Positions 53,706-59,881 of a stretch of 59,881 nt of DNA are shown here, in pieces. Within the stretch, counting starts at the first letter, position 1, and every line of letters begins with the position of its first letter. The stretch comes from a virus. The notes beneath the pieces were generated by a model that was given only the letters and a program-made list of their open reading frames with translations, ran no database searches and was not told the origin of the DNA. Position numbers and translations under genes: made by a program. The DNA lies in the IMG/VR virus record IMGVR_UViG_3300043958_000214, one strand, 5' to 3'.

Positions 53706-54027
53706 CGGCCCCTATTCCTCGTCTTCCGCTCGGCGTTCAACTCAGGATAGGAGTCCCCGCCATCATTTCCATTCGCTTCATCGCAAACGGCGAGTCAGGT
53801 TGGACGACGATCTCTCGTGACCGGACCTCACATGGAACAAGGACGACTTGCGACTGTGCCTTACTAAGTACCTGCTATTTCGTCGCAACCATGCGGCATC
53901 CGACACGGAGAGCCACGTCCACCGACGTGTCACACACCCGGCCCGCACCCCCTTGGCTCCCGGTTTTCTTGATACTCAATCGATCCTAGACACACGGGAG
54001 CAAAGGTCGAACGAACCGTCTACGTCT

Positions 54028-54306
54028 TCACGCGGCGTCGAGCGCAGCGTGTAGCGCCTCCATGTTCTGGAAGTCCAGAGTGGTATCCCCGCACCGTAAG
54101 CGGAGTGCCCCGCCGCCTTTCGGCGCCGGGCCGTGGTCGGGCTGTTCGATGACGCGGTCCACGCACTCGACGGGGACTCCCGCGTCCTCGATGCCGAGGA
54201 GGCGGCGAGCTGCAGCTTGGGATGCGGCGTCAAGGGGGTGGCCGAGAGTGAACAGCTGTCCCCCGCCGGGTTCTGGCACGAGGACCTTTCCGATGTTCGG
54301 GTTCAT
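54028..54306 (-). CDS. Small hypothetical protein
   Basis: CCACAAC-N6-ATG; ATGA overlap with the upstream gene. Confidence 0.55.
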   Translation of the reverse strand: MNPNIGKVLVPEPGGGQLFTLGHPLDAASQAAARRLLGIEDAGVPVECVDRVIEQPDHGPAPKGGGALRLRCGDTTLDFQNMEALHAALDAA

Positions 54307-55013
54307 GCCTGTGTTGTGGGACACGAACGAAGCTCACGCGTCGGATGTGCGGGCTCGAGGAGTGTGATGGAGTCGGAGGGCTTGCTCCATCCTCCAAAGG
54401 TCTCCCACGCCCGGGTGTCGTCTTCATCCCCCCTGGTCTCCCAGTCGTCCTGGGTCCGGTCCCAGGCGCTGGCAAGACGGTTCAAAACGATCCGCGGGTC
54501 TCCTGAGACGTGGATCGCGTCGGTTGCTTCGTTCTCGCCTTTGCCCTGCTCGGCGACGGTGATGTCGGTGGATCCGGTAGTCTTGTCGAAGACGATGGAA
54601 ACCCGGAGGTCATGTGTGACGTTGTCGATCTGAGCGGCGGGCACGCTCTTGTCGTTGGCGACTAGTGTCGCGTCGCACAGGCCCTGCCCGACGGCGTGGA
54701 AGTCCGCCGGTGTCCCAGGGAAGGGGACTCGCCCGGTAGAGGAATGAACGCGCCCGTCGGGCGTGCGCACGCTGGTGACCAAGGTGGCGTCCCCTGGCGC
54801 GTCGAAGCAGACGTCGAGATTCCGCTCATTGCCGGTTGCGCGGATCGACACGCAGGTATTGTGCCCGTCGTCGGTGACCATGAGGTGGGAGGAATCCACA
54901 GGGGCCGCGCCGAGTTCGACCTCCTCCGGCTCAGCATGGTCTTTCGGGCTGTACTGGCCGGTGTTCGCGAGGTTCTTTCCCCGCGGGTGCTTGGCCTCGT
55001 CGTAGACGTTCAT
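54303..55013 (-). CDS. Leader-tagged hypothetical protein
   Basis: MNVYDEAKHPRGKNLANTGQYSPKDHAEPEEVEL; CCGCACAA-N8-ATG with no SD. Confidence 0.8.
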   Translation of the reverse strand: MNVYDEAKHPRGKNLANTGQYSPKDHAEPEEVELGAAPVDSSHLMVTDDGHNTCVSIRATGNERNLDVCFDAPGDATLVTSVRTPDGRVHSSTGRVPFPGTPADFHAVGQGLCDATLVANDKSVPAAQIDNVTHDLRVSIVFDKTTGSTDITVAEQGKGENEATDAIHVSGDPRIVLNRLASAWDRTQDDWETRGDEDDTRAWETFGGWSKPSDSITLLEPAHPTRELRSCPTTQA

Positions 55014-55356
55014 GTCGATTCTTGTGCGGCTGGTTCAATTTCACTGAACGACAACGAACTGATACGATTTCTCTTTGTTGAGCACCGATCGTTAGTAATG
55101 CTCAGCGTCTTCGATGATCGACCTCAGGCCACGAACACGATGCTAGTTGGCCTCTCCCCCACCGCCATGCGCACGCCCGGCGGTCGCTGCCCGCTCACAC
55201 AGTCCTTCCACCTCACCTTTGTCGAGATGGGCTTTCCTCTTCGCCTTGGTCCTACGCGCCAGGCGGCGGATCCTGCTTTTCGCGGTCACCGGGCCTCAAC
55301 TCGTCCTGATTCCATGCCCCCACCTATGCGGAGGGGTTCCCCGCACACAAGGAGGC

Positions 55357-57030
55357 ATGAACCGGACCTTCGACGAACAGCACCCCAGGGATATCGGCAA
55401 CGGACAATTCCGGAGCAAGGAGCACGCCGAGGCGGACATCGACCTCCTCACGCCCGCGGGATGGGAATCCCCCAACGAGGAGGAGGACGACGAATTCGAC
55501 TGGGTACGGATCGACTCCCTGATGGGCCAGGACTTCCACCTGAACCCCGCCCGGACCGCCTCCCTGCCGAAGATGAAGGCCGACGACACCGTCGCTCAGA
55601 TGACGAGCAAAGTCATGAGCTATGTCGCGCGGACCCAGGACCTCTCTGGGATGTCCGACGAAACGGTCGCCGAGTCGGCAGGATTATCCTGGAGCCCGAA
55701 GGAAATACCGGATCGTCTCAGGCGCGCTTTCGGGCTTCCCGAAAGCGAACGCATCGTGACCGCCGTCAATGCGTCCGGCAGGCCCGTCTATCTCTCGGTC
55801 GGGAACGCTTTCACGCGCACCGGATCCTTCGTCGGAGGTTTCGATACCGCTAACGTCGCTCAGCGGATCGTCGCAGACCGCTTCAAGGAACGCTTCACAG
55901 CCGAGCACCCCGAATTCACGCCCAAGGAGATCAACGACCTGTTCCGCAGGCTGGAGGACAAGTCGTACCGCGGAAAGAAATGGGCTCACCTTTGGCAGGA
56001 GGCGTACCTTCCGCCAACAGACCGCCGGACCTTGGCCGCGGCCTGTGCCCCTGACCTAGTGTCGACAAACCCCGCCCTGACCCGTGAGGATCTCGACCGG
56101 TACGTCCGCGAGATGGAGCCCGCAGAGATCCGCGAACGCTTCTCCCGGCTTCCCGTTGAGGAGGTGCCTGGCGTGGTGGATGGGCATGCTGCCCAGGTGC
56201 CGGCTTATCTTGCCAAGGTCGGTCCGATTCGCCAGTACTCCGCGGTGGATGCTGTTGAGCGGCATCTGCGCGGTGAGAGCACGTACGCGAAGGGGGCGGC
56301 CCTCAATCGGGCGTACCGGGCGTTTTTGGAGGAGGAGGTCGCCGTCGAGTACGACTATCAGCTCCAGCGCAAGTACGTTCGGGACAACAGCGTCGCGCAT
56401 TCTGCGACGGTCTTCGAGGAGAAGAAGCACGTTCCGCAGTCGTATGTGGATGCTGCGGAGTCGAGTGTCTTCCGTAGGAGCGGGGACTTCTCTCACGTCG
56501 AGCTGGATGAGGATGTGGATCTGGCTCGGGTTGGGCAGATTGAGCGGGAGTATGCCCGGATTCGGAGTCTGCTTCCCCGGACGGGGCGGACGCCGACGTT
56601 GCGTTTCCGCAAGACTGGGCGCCATCACGCCAAGGGCGTGTATCACCCGCATGTGGACAATGTCGCTGTGGATCCTCGGAGCCCGTCGTCTTTCATCCAT
56701 GAGTACATCCACCACGTGGATCACACGGCGGGCGGGAGGAACATCTCCTCGAGTGAGGAGTTTCGTCCGATCCTCCGGGCGGTTCAGCGCAGCGTGGATC
56801 GGGAGGCTGGGTTGAGGGCGAAGTGTGATTACTACAAGACGCCGACCGAGGTGCTTAGCCGGACTGGGGAGGCTTACTTCTCGTGGAAGGGGTTGGGCGG
56901 GAGTCTCAACGGTACTGCTGAGGAGTATGGGGCGAACCCGGCGTATGTGACCTTGGAGCCGTTGAAGGGCGAGATCATCGCGTTTTGGGATGCGTTGCTG
57001 CCTGCGTTGGGGGCCGATCGTCCTGCTTGA
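55357..57030 (+). CDS. Leader-tagged zincin metallopeptidase / LPD1-like polyvalent-type protein
   Basis: MNRTFDEQHPRDIGNGQFRSKEHAEADIDL; LRFRKTGRHHAKGVY, SFIHEYIHHVD, YYKTPTEVLSRTGEAY. Confidence 0.75.
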   Translation: MNRTFDEQHPRDIGNGQFRSKEHAEADIDLLTPAGWESPNEEEDDEFDWVRIDSLMGQDFHLNPARTASLPKMKADDTVAQMTSKVMSYVARTQDLSGMSDETVAESAGLSWSPKEIPDRLRRAFGLPESERIVTAVNASGRPVYLSVGNAFTRTGSFVGGFDTANVAQRIVADRFKERFTAEHPEFTPKEINDLFRRLEDKSYRGKKWAHLWQEAYLPPTDRRTLAAACAPDLVSTNPALTREDLDRYVREMEPAEIRERFSRLPVEEVPGVVDGHAAQVPAYLAKVGPIRQYSAVDAVERHLRGESTYAKGAALNRAYRAFLEEEVAVEYDYQLQRKYVRDNSVAHSATVFEEKKHVPQSYVDAAESSVFRRSGDFSHVELDEDVDLARVGQIEREYARIRSLLPRTGRTPTLRFRKTGRHHAKGVYHPHVDNVAVDPRSPSSFIHEYIHHVDHTAGGRNISSSEEFRPILRAVQRSVDREAGLRAKCDYYKTPTEVLSRTGEAYFSWKGLGGSLNGTAEEYGANPAYVTLEPLKGEIIAFWDALLPALGADRPA

Positions 57031-57289
57031 TGCTGGTCTTCGGGCGGAAAGTCAGGTAGGACCAGCCGTCGGCGCTGTAGGTGGAGAATCGTGAGGCGGG
57101 GGTGCCGGCGGGTGCTGTCTCAGCCAGGTAGAGGCTGGCCGTGTGCAGGAGGTGGGCGGCGATCGTCCACACTTTCGTTCGGTCCATGCCCCTATGGACC
57201 CGCAGCACCGCTTCGGGAGGGTCGATGGAGACGTAGGCGGTGTCCATTACCTCCAGCAGGTCAGGTGTCAAGGTTGATGAGGTGGTCAT
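56975..57289 (-). CDS. Small hypothetical protein downstream of cas6e
   Basis: TCACAAC-N6-ATG at MTTSST; 3' end overlaps the convergent gene. Confidence 0.5.
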   Translation of the reverse strand: MTTSSTLTPDLLEVMDTAYVSIDPPEAVLRVHRGMDRTKVWTIAAHLLHTASLYLAETAPAGTPASRFSTYSADGWSYLTFRPKTSIKQDDRPPTQAATHPKTR

Positions 57290-57337
57290 GCCCTTGTTGT
57301 GAGGCATCGGGGCCGGCCATGCACACGGCTTGGCCTG

Positions 57338-57958
57338 TCAGCTCAGCGGTTGGAGGCTGAGGAGCCCGCAGCCGTAGGCCTTGCCTCGTCCGATTCCGAA
57401 GCGCATGGCGTGACGGAGCAGGTCGGCGTCGGTGACTGTGAGGAGCCCGGTGAACCCGGTGGGAATGACGGTGACGTGTCGGCGGATGCCGCCGGTGAAC
57501 CGGTCGAATTCTCCTGCGGCGGTGCCGCCGGTGACGAGGACGTTGGCGAAGTCGACTCCCCAGTCGTCCTGGCGTTCACGGAGCCATGCCTCGGCGTTGG
57601 TGGCCCCGCAGTGAGGGATGATGGAGCCCGGCTTCGCTCCCTTCCGGGTCCGCTTTGAGGCGTTCGCGTTGAGGGAGAAGCGGTAGGTGGCGCCGTTTGT
57701 GATGCTGGCGATGAACGGGTCGAGTGGGACGGTCCGGATGTTTCCCGGCAGCTTCTCGGCGAGGCGGTCGATGTCGACTGGGCCGGGGCCCTGCATGAGG
57801 ATCGTGTCCTTTTCGACGCGCCATAGCGGCCGGCCTTCGTCGGTGGAGGCGGAAAAGGTGGCGGCGACGACGGCGTGGACCCGCTGGGGCGAGGCCAGGA
57901 CCCTTCGTGCGAGGGGCGAGGCGAGTGCCGGACGGACCTGGACGAGTTGGATGGACAA
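57338..57958 (-). CDS. cas6e: Type I-E crRNA-processing endoribonuclease Cas6e
   Basis: QRVHAVV, LWRVE, YRFSLNAN, FTGLLTVTD, GIGRGKAYGCGLL G-loop. Confidence 0.92.
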   Translation of the reverse strand: MSIQLVQVRPALASPLARRVLASPQRVHAVVAATFSASTDEGRPLWRVEKDTILMQGPGPVDIDRLAEKLPGNIRTVPLDPFIASITNGATYRFSLNANASKRTRKGAKPGSIIPHCGATNAEAWLRERQDDWGVDFANVLVTGGTAAGEFDRFTGGIRRHVTVIPTGFTGLLTVTDADLLRHAMRFGIGRGKAYGCGLLSLQPLS

Positions 57959-57972
57959 GGTGTGAACCTTTC

Positions 57973-58001
57973 GTGAGCCCCACCGCGGTGGGGATGTGTT
58001 G
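57973..58001. repeat. Solitary CRISPR-repeat-like hairpin between cas5 and cas6e
   Basis: GTGAGCCCCACCGCGGTGGGGATGTGTTG shares the CCCCAC/GTGGGGATG stem with the array repeat. Confidence 0.7.
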
Positions 58002-58004
58002 GTG

Positions 58005-58745
58005 TCAGGCTGCAGCTGTGAGGGCTGAGGTGAACATGTCTGCCTCCGTGCCGAGATGTGCGTCCGGGTTTGCCCAGTCCCATGTGGCGACGCGGCGTGT
58101 GGCGAAGCGGCGGAGTCGGGGGTCGGCGATCGGAACGTCGCACACCGTCGTCACCAGTGAGTGGGCGGCGACCGATAGGGGCACAGCTCGGACGTCAATG
58201 GACATGCGCGCCGTGTCGGGCACGGTGATCGTCTGGTGGGGGCTGGTGAGCGCCTCCAGGATGGTCTGCGTCGTCGTCCCGAGGCAGATGCGCTCCGTTG
58301 GCGGGCAGGAGCGCGTTCCGAGGAACAGAGGGTGAGCGGGGTTGCGCAGAGCGTCATTGGCGCGCGTGATCAGTTGGTCCTCGCCTTGGAGGGCCACCAG
58401 AAACTTCGCTCCCTGGATGTAGACGCGTTTGGTGATGATGGTTCCCCCGTCTTCGCCCTTCCTCCATGTCAGCGACGCGGGGGTGAGTGCCCGGGGCGGC
58501 CTGGCGAAGGTCGTCTGATAGTCGATGTCGGGCACGCCGGCGTCGTCGGTGCGCACACCCATGATGAGCGTCTCCGGCCAGGTTTCGGTATGTCCGAGCG
58601 GCAGGCCGAGAGCGGAGGCGAGGATCCCCGTCACCCCGGAGAGCGTTGGTTCCCCGCGTGTTCGGAGGGGCGCGGCCGCGTCCAGACGGGGTGAATACGC
58701 CCAGGACTGCATCGCCCCGCTCAGACGCATGAGGAGTGTGAGCAC
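58005..58745 (-). CDS. cas5e: Type I-E Cascade subunit Cas5e
   Basis: LLMRLSGAMQSW, PTLSGVTGILASALG, DYQT, LFLGTRSCPP. Confidence 0.92.
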   Translation of the reverse strand: MLTLLMRLSGAMQSWAYSPRLDAAAPLRTRGEPTLSGVTGILASALGLPLGHTETWPETLIMGVRTDDAGVPDIDYQTTFARPPRALTPASLTWRKGEDGGTIITKRVYIQGAKFLVALQGEDQLITRANDALRNPAHPLFLGTRSCPPTERICLGTTTQTILEALTSPHQTITVPDTARMSIDVRAVPLSVAAHSLVTTVCDVPIADPRLRRFATRRVATWDWANPDAHLGTEADMFTSALTAAA

Positions 58746-58746
58746 G

Positions 58747-59880
58747 TCACGCCTCCCGTACGAAGCTGTCGACGCGCTCGAGCAGGCCGGGGAGGGTGAC
58801 GCGCGTTCCGAGGGCGGACAGGCCCTCCGCCTCCGGGTCCGCGACGAGGACCAGTGACTCCCCGTCCTCTCCGAAGACTGCGCGGTCTTGCTCCACGTGC
58901 GCAACGAGGGCTTTGACGGAGCCCGCGGTGTATCCACCGCGTGAGGTGAGGACTGGCGTTTCGAACGCTGAGGCGTAAGAGACGGGCTGACCTTGCCTGC
59001 GGAGGACGACGAGGACGCCACACGGGTGGGTGCTCGCCGCGAAAGTGGCGCTCTTACCGGAGGGGAGGGACAGGAGGAAGGAGCGGATGAGCTGGCGTGC
59101 CGCGGCAGCGGTGTCCGCCGTGTCGGCGCGCAGGTTCGCCCGCAGGTCGTCCACGCAGATCGACAGGTATTTGTAGATCGTTGAACTGGTGAACTCTGAC
59201 GTGCCGATGAAGCCGGCGCCGGTCTCCCGGTTGTCTTCGGAGTGGTTTTCGTCTTCGACGGCCGAGAAGAAATCGAACTCGTTGGTGATCTCGTGGGTGG
59301 AGATGGCGTGGGCGACCTGGCAGGCGGCGTCCACGGATGCCGTCGTGTTACCGGCGACCATCCGGCCGAACGCCGCCAAATCGAGGCTCGGCGCAACGTT
59401 CATGGCCTCAGCGAACTCCACCTTGAAGGACCGGTCGCCGGCGAGCTTGTCCAGCTTCGTGCCGTACCTGGCGGCGATCACCTCTGCGATGGCATCGAGC
59501 TGGGGGCGGGAGAACAGGAAGACGACGCTCTTCGAATCCTGATCGTCGACCCCACCCTCCTCGTTCTTCGTGTCGGTCTTGGTGGGGAGTTTCCCGTCCG
59601 TGCCGAGTTTCGCGGCAGACACGATGAACTCATCCAGATCATCACCCGCCGCTACGTCCCGCTGTGCGAGAAGGGCTCGCACCCTTTCTCCCAGGCGAAT
59701 CGACAGGTGATCTGTACGAACGCGCTCGCCGGCGAGTCCCTCTTCGAAGGAGAGGCGCATGGCCCTCTTCAGTGATTGGGAGGAAACGCGCTGGCGGATG
59801 ACACCGCCGAACACCGCCTGCTTGGGTGAGCCGTTGTCATCCCTGTTCAGGCAGTTCGGGGGGAGGTTTTGGATGACGTG
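58747..59880 (-). CDS. cas7e: Type I-E Cascade backbone Cas7 (5' end outside window)
   Basis: HVIQNLPPNCLNRDDNGSPK, RVSSQSLKRAMR, AFGRM, QVAHAISTH, DFFSAVED. Confidence 0.96.
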   Translation of the reverse strand, partial: HVIQNLPPNCLNRDDNGSPKQAVFGGVIRQRVSSQSLKRAMRLSFEEGLAGERVRTDHLSIRLGERVRALLAQRDVAAGDDLDEFIVSAAKLGTDGKLPTKTDTKNEEGGVDDQDSKSVVFLFSRPQLDAIAEVIAARYGTKLDKLAGDRSFKVEFAEAMNVAPSLDLAAFGRMVAGNTTASVDAACQVAHAISTHEITNEFDFFSAVEDENHSEDNRETGAGFIGTSEFTSSTIYKYLSICVDDLRANLRADTADTAAAARQLIRSFLLSLPSGKSATFAASTHPCGVLVVLRRQGQPVSYASAFETPVLTSRGGYTAGSVKALVAHVEQDRAVFGEDGESLVLVADPEAEGLSALGTRVTLPGLLERVDSFVREA

Positions 59881-59881
59881 A

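Noticed and set aside
58746-59396. Long N-terminal extension of Cas5 in the ORF track
   Set aside because: Overlaps cas7 in another frame; Cas5 motifs begin at the GTG at 58745

Overview
High-GC actinobacterial sequence that reads as part of a large mobile element (conjugative megaplasmid, ICE or phage-plasmid) rather than core chromosome. It carries its own DNA-metabolism genes (dnaE, ssb, RuvC-like resolvase, YqaJ-like exonuclease, nrdD/nrdG, LexA-boxed umuD/umuC, dnaK), a Gram-positive-type conjugation block (SLT+NlpC/P60 hydrolase, large polytopic membrane protein, TcpE/PrgI-like and pilin-like genes) and defence-type cargo (YobI-like NTPase, Fic pair, split-MTase/helicase module, HEPN-like ORF). 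A type I-E cas7-cas5-cas6e operon is cut by the window end, and a 4-repeat mini-array lies about 47 kb away. The most striking unexplained structure: at least 14 otherwise mostly unrelated proteins share an N-terminal ~34-aa leader (consensus MSTYDExKHPRGxNPxNVGQYSxKDHAEPEGVEL), seven of them in a tandem array at 41.0-46.7 kb. All 14 have a CCGCA(C/A)A(A/C) box exactly 8 nt before the start codon, and one tagged protein looks like a sigma factor lacking region 4. My working hypothesis is a private promoter class plus a protein-targeting tag for a delivered effector set (ArdC-like, metallopeptidase/LPD1-like, sigma-like). All family calls are from motif recognition by eye; no database search was run.
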